Positions 13,787 to 23,915 of a DNA stretch of 64,000 nt are shown piece by piece. The stretch lies in assembly GCA_030141605.1 (NCBI GenBank), contig JAQGDQ010000267.1:124001-188000 (forward strand). Direction: 5' to 3'. A model generated the notes under the pieces. The model was given only the letters and a program-made list of their open reading frames with translations. It made no database searches and was not told the DNA's origin. A program made the translations under genes and the position numbers. Positions within the stretch are counted from its first letter, which is position 1; every line of letters begins with the position of its first letter. The DNA comes from Tubiluchus corallicola (lineage: Eukaryota; Animalia; Priapulida).

Positions 13787-14616
13787 TATCCACCAGAAGC
13801 ATCACACTCACAGATGTAGTAGTAGAAGTCTCTCTTCTATCCACACCTTACAAGAGATTTTAAAAAAATAGCAGAACATGATTATGGTTAGTAAAACTTC
13901 AACAAAAAATATGTTGTCATTTAATAAATGGCTTATTATTCTTCATATGCCTTGAAAACCTAAGATAAACATCAATTGTCAAATGCTATAAACTTCTGAA
14001 GTTCCGAGATCGGGACGAGTTGAGACGTTTGAGATGGGACTGAGTGTTCGGAAATGTAATTTGGAATATGGAGAAAGTTCGGGACCAAAGTTCGATCCAG
14101 TGTCAGGATCATAACGGGTGCTAGTTAAAACTTGGCTCGTGTACTGTAATGTTCTATTGTTCTGAATGACGTTTTGCTTAGCAACAATGTTTGCAATTAA
14201 GTGAATAACACTGTCTGGTTTTCAATAATTTTAGAGCATCTACCTTGTTAACCAAGGCTTTTCTTAAACTCAGTGTGTGCTTTTGTTGAAAAGGTAGTCG
14301 GTCATGCAGACTCTGCTAAGAGTTGGAATTCTCTTCTGTGCTTGACAGTGAGCATTGTACGTGATAACTAGCAGCTTAACTGTTTACTTCTTAACTTGCC
14401 TTAGTCTATGTTACTGGAGAACATGGAAGCTTTACCTTTAGTAGTATGCTATGTAGTTCAACACTTTAGCTCACAATGAAATTGTCTTCAACATTTTTTG
14501 AGTGTGCAGCGTGTCACTCATCGAGTTCCTGCTTGCCTCTGGTCATTAACTGAATATCATTTCTTACTCAGTTTGTGCAAAACGATGCTAACAGTCGTGT
14601 GGTACTTTGTTTGTAG

Positions 14617-17600
14617 GTTCGTGGTGAAACTCCCCTCACTAATCATGTCAATGATGATTGTACAGCTGACAAGCACAATGATCATATTCATGCAGATAGT
14701 AACATTATTACTGCTGAGTCATCTGATACTGTTAGTGAAACTGAGATAAGTGGTGATGTTCGTGAGTGTTTAGAGAATATCATCACCAAAGTTGTACTAA
14801 ATTTCAGTACATCAGGTATCATTCCAAGAACAATTAATCAAATGAATCCAATTGAAGGACAGTCAGTCAGAGAAGATTCCAGCAGTGCAGGTATACTGTA
14901 CGCATATCCACAAATTGATAATGCTCATCCAGTAGCATCATCAACAATTCTGAGCAGAGACACACCTGCCAGCAATGAAAAAGATGTGCATTTTGTCGTG
15001 ACTCACACAAATGATTGTGGAAAAGCAGCTGAACTGCCACCAATACCAGTTAGGCCTTTGTGTCAAGATGTTCTCTCTTTCCTTCAAGAAAGTGTAAGTG
15101 GCAGCCATCCATCTCAGTCAGAGGTCGAAGACAGTAGTGTTGTCAGGCCTGCACATCAAAAAGAAATGCAACATAAATTGATGGAAAGTAAAAATACCTG
15201 CAGTTTCTGCATGTTTGGAATGAAAGAGCTTATTGCAGTTGCTGGTAAAGCAGAAGCAACTTTTACTTCTGAAGCTACCCAAACCAGTGATGTTTTTGAT
15301 ATAATTGAAGACAGGTGGAATTTGGTTACGTTAGAAATGTTTCGAAGGTCATTAGCACTGCCAGCTCCTGTTTCTTCAGCTATATTATATTCAGTAATGT
15401 CTGTAGCAAGAAAAGCAATTCAACGTGTTGAAAAATTAGATGAAGCTGAAGGGAGTCAAATTTTACCGACTGTATTACAATATCCTAAGGAATCACAATT
15501 CCCTAATTTATATGTAGAAACACCAAATGAATTTCATGAAGATTTTGACAGAACCACTGACTTTAATGATATTTGTGTATGTTGCGGAAATAGTTTGAGA
15601 ATTTGTGGCCATGAGGAGCTTCCGTCCACTCCCGGAATAGGTGGAACAAGTCAGGGTGAATTTATGGTTGTATGTACACCACCTGAGGTTGAATATGCTT
15701 CTGATAGTGACCAGCCAGTGATTTTAGTTCATAGTTCTAGTATTAGTGCTGAGTCTAGTAGCCAAGCTTTGAGCGAGACAATCTCTGATATGAATGTCCC
15801 AGGCGTAAAAAAATATCACATGCATATGCAAAGAAAAGAATCTGAGTACATGCCCAGTCAGTTTTTGGATTTGGATTATGAAAGATCACAAGTTTTGGAA
15901 AGCACATCTAGTAACTGTTCTTCTTCTAGTGCTGAAAATTCTGATCAAGAAGGAAGAAGAAGAAGAAGGAATACAATTTTCAATTTGACTTCACCCGAGA
16001 GTAACATTGATAAACAGTTCTTAAAGAAACATCGAAAGTCTCTAATTAAACAGGAGGATTCTAAACACAAGTTGGGGAATCGTTCCTCAAAAGGCCAAAT
16101 TGCTGAAGCGATAATTGAGGATGCAAAATTTGAGAAATTTGCTCAACATTTTGAGCAATTTGTAGAAGAGAAAAGGCGGAAATTATCCACTATCTTTAGT
16201 AAGAAAGAATTGGAAGCGCCACGCCGAAAATCATTTCTTGGTGAGAAAACTGAGAAGAAAGAAATGAAAAGTTCTCCTCGAGTTTCTAAACTTGGTCCAG
16301 ATACTATGATAAGACCAAAAGAAAAAGAAATGAGAAAAAAATCTTATAAAGCATCAAATCTTGATGCAGAAACAGATGCAGATACAGAAAGGCTTCAGAA
16401 GCAAGAAAAAAGAAGAAAATCTCGTCGAAAGTCTATTGTTCACCAAACCGTTATGGAAAAACTTGAAGAAGCAAGAAATAAGTCTCGTCGACAATCGTAT
16501 TTTCTAGAAAAACTCGAAGAAGGGAAAAGGGCCAATCAACAGACATATGTTGACCAAAACACTAAAACAAAACTTGAGGAAGGAAGAAGAAAATCTCGTC
16601 GTGAATCATATCTTTTGGAAAAACTTGAAAGGCGACAAACGTCTCATCAAAGATTGTCTGTTTCATCACGCCGAGGAAGTGCCTTTGATGTAGTTGATCA
16701 CGAAAAGCCAAGTGAAAGTGAAGTGCATGCTCCAGCAATTAAATACTCTCTGCTTAGTGAAGGTACTCGTGCTCGCCAGTCACTTGACTATGAACAAGTC
16801 ATTAAGAAAACGCTGAGACATAAAGGTTTATCACAAAAAGGGACAGAAGAAAATGATGGTGACACAACTTTGTTAGATGCTGAAAGAGCTGACGCATACA
16901 GAATTAGATCTACTAGTTCACACCAGAGTGACAGTAAAAGAAAAACATCAGTGTTGCACATAACTCTTAGTGATGATGATACCAGAAAAAAAGAGCAAAT
17001 GACTAAACGAGATGTTGTTGGGCTAGAACCACATGCAAATGTAGTGAAGAAACAAAAATCTCGCGGTCAACTTGCGGCACATGAGAAGAAAAAGAATGAA
17101 GAGCAGGTTTTGACAGCAAAACAAGATACTGATAAGACATTTCCATCTAGTATCGATGGGAGTAGGCAGACATCTGTAGTTTCATTAGGTGAAAAGCGAA
17201 AAAAAGCAGATGTAGAAGATCATTTGAAAGTTAAGCACCCTATTAGTCAATCTGCACGCCAATTTCATGTGATCAGTTACATCTGGTCTTCTAGGTTGTT
17301 TTACCAACTTGGCTGGACTCTATTTCCATTTTCTAAGCCCAGTACACCACCAAAGAAAATAGACCAAGTAGAATTTGTAACACTTTGTAGAGAAACTAAG
17401 GATTATAAATTTAGACGATATTCTTATGCAGATTCTGCACAATTGTTCTGTATTACATTTGAAGATGGCACTGGAACTGTGTACTATCCAACTGGCAATT
17501 TGGCAATAATCGCTACCAAAGATTCCACAGTTCAGCAATATCAGTACATGGTATGGTCTGACAGAAAAGTAAACCCTATCATGTTGGCAACATTTAGCAC

Positions 17601-18828
17601 TTCAGGCTCGGCTACTTGTTATTATCCAAATGGTCAAATTAACACCTGTTTAACAAAGCTTGGTGGAGTAATGCTTGATGAGCTTGGTAATATTCGCAGA
17701 AAATGGTCATGGTTTAAAGTCGTTTCTCGAAACATTAGCTCACTGTTTGACCCAATTAAGATTATGTTGAATGAGTATGTTAGTGTGCATATTGTCAGTC
17801 AGAGTCATATTACAATAAAATTTGCCCATGGAAAAAAAAGATGTCAATTTGATGCTGGTGCGTTGGTGAAGATTTGTGGGTTATATGTACCTGTAATGCA
17901 AGATTTGGAGACAGAATATGCTGAACTGGATGAAAAAAAGTCCCATGTAAAAGACTTACTTTATCGTTTAGGTGCAGAATGTGTTAGGACTGACAGGAAT
18001 GTGAAACGTTCTACACGACGAAAAATTGTACAAAAACGAGACACATCTTCTCCAGTGAGCAGTCCATCAACTATGACTAGAGACTCACTTACTAGTCTTG
18101 AATCTCAAAGACTATCAACATGTGACAAAAAACCCAAGAAGTTAAAACGAAAAAGAGCTTCCGCAGCTCAGAGTTTCAATAGTAAACCTGGAAATAAAAC
18201 GATTGAGACACCATCGAACAGACGTCGATCAACTAAGGTTAGTGTAAATATTCGAAAGTATAGATTGGGTTCGGAAGTTGAGAACAGCGAAGTTGCTACT
18301 GACAAAAGGACGGTGATAGATGATGCTGAAATCTGTAAGCCAGTATCTGGTGAACCACCTGTGAGACAAGAGTTACCAAGAAATCGACTGCATAGTAAGC
18401 GATCTGGAAACAAGGATGGACATGGAAAAAAATCTAGGGCTTGGGAGACTAGTATATCAAGTACTCCTACAAATCCTTCGGTAATATCAAACAGTACACT
18501 TCAAAAAGAATGGGAAACAGACAAGGTTGTTGCCGCTGATACAGTTTCAGGAGAACAGGAAGAGAAATCATCTACTAGGCCCCATAGGTTGAAGAATAAT
18601 CGATTCAGTCGTCAGAGTTCAATAAGAAGTGAAGGTGTTCCTCCTAGAAAAGCAATCTCCAATGACTGCCAGACAAATCACAACACGTCAACTGGTAGGA
18701 ATGATCGTCTTTCACAAGAGGAGCTGGAAAATAAGGAGCCAAACGCAAAACGCAAAACAGCTAATACAAAGAATGCAGTGAAAAAGTCTGGAGACAGTCG
18801 TTTGAAGCGTGACACTTTTGTTAACTGA
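14617..18828 (+). CDS. ERICH6: FAM194/ERICH6-like protein: giant terminal exon with a long charged low-complexity N-terminus and a C-terminal FAM194 domain
   Basis: The 1328-aa ORF from 14842 stays open back to an acceptor TTTGTAG at 14616. FAM194-type motifs FEDGTGTVYYPTGNLAI, ATCYYPNGQI and GGVMLDELGNIRRKWSW are present. A phase-compatible candidate first exon is 14408-14443 (MLLENMEALPLV|GTATG). Orthology to ERICH6 is by domain only. Confidence 0.8.
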   Translation, partial: VRGETPLTNHVNDDCTADKHNDHIHADSNIITAESSDTVSETEISGDVRECLENIITKVVLNFSTSGIIPRTINQMNPIEGQSVREDSSSAGILYAYPQIDNAHPVASSTILSRDTPASNEKDVHFVVTHTNDCGKAAELPPIPVRPLCQDVLSFLQESVSGSHPSQSEVEDSSVVRPAHQKEMQHKLMESKNTCSFCMFGMKELIAVAGKAEATFTSEATQTSDVFDIIEDRWNLVTLEMFRRSLALPAPVSSAILYSVMSVARKAIQRVEKLDEAEGSQILPTVLQYPKESQFPNLYVETPNEFHEDFDRTTDFNDICVCCGNSLRICGHEELPSTPGIGGTSQGEFMVVCTPPEVEYASDSDQPVILVHSSSISAESSSQALSETISDMNVPGVKKYHMHMQRKESEYMPSQFLDLDYERSQVLESTSSNCSSSSAENSDQEGRRRRRNTIFNLTSPESNIDKQFLKKHRKSLIKQEDSKHKLGNRSSKGQIAEAIIEDAKFEKFAQHFEQFVEEKRRKLSTIFSKKELEAPRRKSFLGEKTEKKEMKSSPRVSKLGPDTMIRPKEKEMRKKSYKASNLDAETDADTERLQKQEKRRKSRRKSIVHQTVMEKLEEARNKSRRQSYFLEKLEEGKRANQQTYVDQNTKTKLEEGRRKSRRESYLLEKLERRQTSHQRLSVSSRRGSAFDVVDHEKPSESEVHAPAIKYSLLSEGTRARQSLDYEQVIKKTLRHKGLSQKGTEENDGDTTLLDAERADAYRIRSTSSHQSDSKRKTSVLHITLSDDDTRKKEQMTKRDVVGLEPHANVVKKQKSRGQLAAHEKKKNEEQVLTAKQDTDKTFPSSIDGSRQTSVVSLGEKRKKADVEDHLKVKHPISQSARQFHVISYIWSSRLFYQLGWTLFPFSKPSTPPKKIDQVEFVTLCRETKDYKFRRYSYADSAQLFCITFEDGTGTVYYPTGNLAIIATKDSTVQQYQYMVWSDRKVNPIMLATFSTSGSATCYYPNGQINTCLTKLGGVMLDELGNIRRKWSWFKVVSRNISSLFDPIKIMLNEYVSVHIVSQSHITIKFAHGKKRCQFDAGALVKICGLYVPVMQDLETEYAELDEKKSHVKDLLYRLGAECVRTDRNVKRSTRRKIVQKRDTSSPVSSPSTMTRDSLTSLESQRLSTCDKKPKKLKRKRASAAQSFNSKPGNKTIETPSNRRRSTKVSVNIRKYRLGSEVENSEVATDKRTVIDDAEICKPVSGEPPVRQELPRNRLHSKRSGNKDGHGKKSRAWETSISSTPTNPSVISNSTLQKEWETDKVVAADTVSGEQEEKSSTRPHRLKNNRFSRQSSIRSEGVPPRKAISNDCQTNHNTSTGRNDRLSQEELENKEPNAKRKTANTKNAVKKSGDSRLKRDTFVN

Positions 18829-20282
18829 GTGTACTCGCAAATAATTCTTTTATATACTCATTACCTAGCTAATAATTTCAAACTACCATGATATTTGCTC
18901 CTTGTTATCCGAATCGACTATTCGTGTACTGAAGTGCATATGATTTTATATGCACAGTGTAATTTTTAAAATTATGTGCTTTTTTGTTAAAGTCTGTAAA
19001 ATTGAAATTGTGTGAACTGTTTCTGACAATAATTAATCATAGATATAGATATAAATGTAGGCCTTGATCACTAATGGTATTAATCATAGAGATAAATATA
19101 ACAAATGTGTAATTTATATTTGCTAAAATAAATTATGTTTTTTTGAAGCCTTTAAGTGATAAGCATTGTTAACTTTGCTCTGTAATAATATTTTTCACAT
19201 CTACAAATTGACAAAATCAAGGATGATTGGCTCGGCTGCAAAACTTCCACAAAATTTTATTAATTGTAATCCTACAGTCAAGATTATAGGTTAGCAAACT
19301 TGTAGTAATGCGACATAAGTTATTCAGTATTGTATAAAAATAAGTACAGTTCGTAAAGGACCATCATTGTTGTATTTTCCCTTGCATGAGCAAGCATGGT
19401 ATTACATTGCTGTAAATTCCGAACTTTTCTTTTGTTACACTTGTGTGAAGCAAACAATTTCATTTAATATAATGTATTGCAAAGGTCTTGATTCAATCAA
19501 AACTCAATCTTAAGTTTTTCACATTTCCTACCTTTGTCAATGTTGGTTCCATCGTAGATTTATTCCACCAGTTTGTATGTAAACAGTGACGATTAAGATG
19601 GTTCGGCCACAAGATAATTATTAATAAGTAGGTGAACATTCACATAGCAACTACAGTCAGTCTTAAAGGAGTAACAAGGTAAATTGTCTCACTGTTTAAC
19701 TTTTTATCCCTTTAAGGTTGTTAGGAGGCTAACAGATTATGTAAAGGTGTTATTTTAAAAAGCAATCCACATTGTCTTGTAGACCATTTCTTCCATTCCT
19801 TATTCCTAAATAGTTACAGATCAACCTCCGATGACAACCTCTAACAACATTAAATCACCTGACTGTTGACATTTATTAGTGATCGGTCATGACTCAAACG
19901 TGCTGCAATTCTCTTAAATTAAGGATGAAAAAGAGGCAAACACACAAAAATAGATATTTTTGTTTTTCATTTCCCCTGTGGTCTGTTCAACAAGTGAACA
20001 CAGATGAAATGATACTAAATTGAGATGTTTTGCAATTGAGATAAATATGAAGTTATCAAGGAAAATAGCCAGTGGAGGCTGGAGCACTAACTAAGGAAAT
20101 TATATTGGAAGTACCACTGATTGTATAATAATGTCAGTTAACTCTGAAGATGTAAAAGTGCCACTTAAAGTGAAATGACTGAAAGTAATAGGGATAAAAT
20201 TATGGAAATTATATTTTGGATCCAAAAAAAATTAACTAGAAACATCAATGGTTTATTTTCTTCACATATTTAATATAATACA

Positions 20283-20471
20283 CAGTCAAACCTCGTTACA
20301 AAGCCTCCTTTTATAATACCAACCTCGCTTAACAGCTAAATTTTTAGCAAAGCAAAGTGTTTTTATTTGCACAGACATGTACGTATTAATGCACATCATT
20401 TTACTGCAAAACTCGCATTAAAGCCAACTTTTTTGCTGTCCCAAAGAAGATGGCATAAATAGGTTTGACTG
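20283..20471. mobile_element. pogo/Tigger-type MITE (family A)
   Basis: TIRs CAGTCAAACCT / AGGTTTGACTG with TA on the right; an inverted-orientation relative lies at 37547-37730. Confidence 0.75.
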
Positions 20472-21094
20472 TACAGGCATAATCATTGAGTGAGATAGGG
20501 ACTCAGGGAGAGTACTTACTAACATGAGTATCAGCCAACCTTCTGTTTATATTCCTTTTCAAGAAATGTGCTCCTTTTGCATTTGGTTTTGGTTAGCAGA
20601 CATGCATTAACTTTTTCGCATTGTCATGTAATTTATGGTGCTTCTTTGCCATGGAAGTAGATGGAACATCCATATTAAATACGTTACTTGGGTGGAACAT
20701 AATTAATTCCAAGCTCATCAGCATCAAGCAATCTTTCTTTTTGGTATTCCAATGATCGTGACACATACGAGTCACACGATAAATACGAAGCAAGTGTAGT
20801 ATGTGAATATTGTGTATGTTACTGTAATTCATAAATGGACACTGTTATTATATCACGTCATATTATAATTGTTAAGTATCAAGCAGTGTCAGAGTCTTTG
20901 GCAGTGTTTACCAGATGTCTGGAATGCCATATCCACTGCTGTGTATCTAGCATAAACAATTTACTGTAGCAAGAGTAGCTATAGCGTAAATAACGCAATA
21001 ATGTATACATATGTTTGATAATTGGGTGCATTGAAAACAATTAGAAGGTGATTTTAATGCATTCCATATGTTTGGTAAATACTGTTTTATGGTG

Positions 21095-21260
21095 GTATTG
21101 TATAATTTTGTATTGTCCTGCATTGTACTGTACTGTGTTGTGCTTTTTTGTACTTTACTGTATCGTATTGTGCGTATTTTGTATTGTATGAATTATATTA
21201 CAATAACTATATTGTATCATATTATGTCATTTCAATTATATCATTTTAAAATTTTGCATT
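21095..21260. repeat. Degenerate (TTGTA)n pentanucleotide repeat
   Basis: Repeating TTGTA/CTGTA units. Confidence 0.7.
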
Positions 21261-22319
21261 AATTCCAATTGATGTAACTTGACTATGACCCACCAATCTC
21301 ATCGATACACCACCTCATGGGACTAAGGGTGATGATTACAGATAGGAAACTCACCATGCAGAGCTGGTAGCATGGTAAGTTTGGCAGTGTGGCAACTTTG
21401 GCAGTTTGGCGATTTGACAATGTGGCAGCAGGATAGGGTGTTATTTCTATACTGGTGTTTTAGGAAGTAGAGATGTTGTATGAGAGGAAAGGGCGTAGGT
21501 TTCGATAATTGTTATTAGGAGATGAATCATGAATGTTCTCAGTGTCTCGTGGCAGTCTATAGAAAGTTCCAAAATTTCATACGGCTCTGCATGGTACAGA
21601 ATCAGCATTCATACTAAATGTATTCACATTTAGTAATGTTATTAATCTATACTAGAAACCATTCTATAAGCCTCCTACACTAGCACATACTGGTGCACAC
21701 AGTGCCATAATGGGTAAATTGCAGTTTAGGTGATTGTTTTTCAAGGCACTCTCACATTTCCCAAATCAGAAATATCACTGAAAGCAGGGCTACAATAGAA
21801 GGATGCATCCTTTATCTACACACTTATGTAAAGAAACGTTGAAACATACCTCCTATTTATAAAAATTAATAATTTTAAAAAAAACTTACTGTTAGCGTCA
21901 CAAAAATGGACTAAGATTGAGTGATTTCATGAAATATTTTCATTTGGAAGTTAGTAGAGAGCAATATTTTTTGTCTACTACTGTGAGCGACAGCTAGGAA
22001 ATAACCACGCTTCACAAAATAAGAACCAAAGTGTAAACTTACTGAAAAGTTAAAAAGAGCTTCAGGCGAATTTTCTGTACATGTTCCATTTTGCAGCGTT
22101 TGTGTGCCAGTAAGTGGCGTACTCTACCAGCACTGTTTTGTAACTTTTGTTTCTCTTTCGAAACGCAGCATAACTAGAGTTTTTTATTACACAATAAAAG
22201 AATTAATATTGGAACATATGATAATTTGAGGCTTCATACTGTACAAAAAAGGTGATTACGAAGATTGTTTATTAGTTGGTTAGTTAGCTAAGCTGGTCAG
22301 GCAGTCAATTAATTAGTTT

Positions 22320-22445
22320 TGGCCAGTTGCGGTATGACAGCTTGGTGTTCTTGGCATTCTTGGTGGCTTGGCACTCTTGGTGATTTTCCATTCTTGGTGG
22401 CATGGCGTTTTTGGCTGCATGGCATTCTTGGCGTTTTTGGCGGCT
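22320..22445. repeat. Degenerate TTGGCATTC-like short tandem array within a dispersed repeat
   Basis: TTGGCATTC/TTGGCACTC/TTGGCGTTT units; a similar tract occurs at ~21375-21430. Confidence 0.55.
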
Positions 22446-22614
22446 GGGCGATAGAGTGGGAAAGGAGGTTTGGAGTGGGAAGGAGGTAGAGTGACGGCAG
22501 TGGGACTGACATAGAAGGTAATAGGGTGTCAAGAGAACCACCTAAACTGCAAGTGCACCAGTATCGCTTTTCCTCAGTTAAACTGTGCTCAACAAATCTT
22601 AAGATAAACTTGTT

Positions 22615-23333
22615 GGGCACCGAGTAACCCACTAGCCGAAGTATAGGACAATTGGCATACATAGCCGAAGTATAGGACAATTGGCATACATGGGCTAGCC
22701 CCAGCAGGATGCGTCGAACATGGGCTGCCCAAGTATGACACTAGAGACAGGTCACAAATTGAGTTGTTAACCGTACTGGCAGCACCCGTTGTCCTTGTTT
22801 ATTTAATAATAATAACTGAAAATGTCAAAAACGTTGAATAATTTATTATATATTTGGTAAAATAAAAGAATCTTATTTTGAGTTAGTAAAATTTCCAATA
22901 TTAAATTTGGCTTCGATATTAATCTTTTTGAAGTGAAATAAGCCCACTTCTTAGGCGATTCCAACATTTGCTTAAGGTATATCATTTTTATTTTGTCTCG
23001 CTTCACAGACAGGTGACCCGTTTCACTACCTCTTGGACAAATAATTGTTTAATACTAAGTAAATGGGCTAGTGAGCTATGTGCCCTACATAGTTCCTCTC
23101 TTTAAAGCATTAGATACTTAGTTGAATGTTATGATGATATTAATGGAGCTAATAATAATGATGATATTACTGTAAAAGCACATTGTAAATTGTCAAGGAG
23201 TATCCATCATTATTGTAAAGCTACTTTTCATAATTCTCGACAGCAATCACTAGTGTCCTACTTGGGCTACGCATGTACGATACTGCTTTTCCGCAAATTT
23301 AGCACATGCGTTTTACCGGTTTATTCGGCGCCC
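22615..23333 (-). mobile_element. Non-autonomous DNA transposon (family B), copy 1
   Basis: Terminal motif GGGC(A/G)CCGAGTAACCCACTAGCCGAAGTA; the whole length is homologous to 54241-55004 in the opposite orientation. Confidence 0.8.
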
Positions 23334-23559
23334 TACAAAACTGATTAGAATTCAAAAAATGATCAGTTGGCTAACATTCACCAGCTGGTAGAGCTTAATT
23401 AAAAAGAGAATGTAATACGGAAACGTTCACTATTGAGAGATTAAATTAAGATAGTGGTAGTATTCTTATATTGATGCTTATATCCATGGTGACGATTATG
23501 GTGGCGATTGCCTTAGAAAAGACGGATGGATGGATGGATGAAGAATTCTCATATTGCCA

Positions 23560-23915
23560 CGTACAGTCATGCACGATTTTGCACCCGTAGAAGTTGTGCG
23601 CGACTAGTACGATTAGATTATACGTGCCTAAAAATATTTTGCAATCAAAGTATATTTTCAAATTTTTATTTAAAAGAAGGCTAGAACTAGTTAAAGTTTA
23701 TATCCTCACGTGAGACGTTCGTGCTTGTTCGATATCCTGTGTCCCGTCTCATTGTACATGCTTCCTTGCCAAGTACTGCCTCACGGTATTGTGCGCAACG
23801 CGGCATGGGTCAACGTGGTACATTATTCCAAGGTACGTGGAGAGGCGATACGTGGCGCCTCAGTACACGGCACTGTCGAGCAAGTGCGAATGTTCCATGT
23901 AGTATTCTCAGGCAC
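23560..23915 (+). ncRNA. Candidate structured non-coding RNA (family unknown)
   Basis: A 27-bp closing stem 23708-23734/23874-23900 (26 paired, 7 G-U) encloses further hairpins. A separate 52-nt G-U-rich hairpin lies at 23560-23611. The region is a GC-rich island with no credible ORF. Confidence 0.4.

Noticed and set aside
13990-14125. Second Helitron 3' end or SINE (GTTCGATCC, ...ACGGGTGCTAGT)
   Set aside because: No convincing hairpin, 5' end or A box, so support is insufficient.
22305-22680. Two overlapping repetitive ORFs
   Set aside because: They arise from a short tandem repeat and a transposon end.
23582-23603. miR-99/100-like sequence CACCCGTAGAA
   Set aside because: Only the 5' part matches, and it lies in the hairpin loop rather than on an arm.
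23717-23915. RNase MRP or telomerase RNA (GTTCGTGCT start, ATTCTCAG end, three-way junction)
   Set aside because: The conserved GAAAGTCCCC-type CR-I box is absent, and no CTAACCCT template is present nearby.
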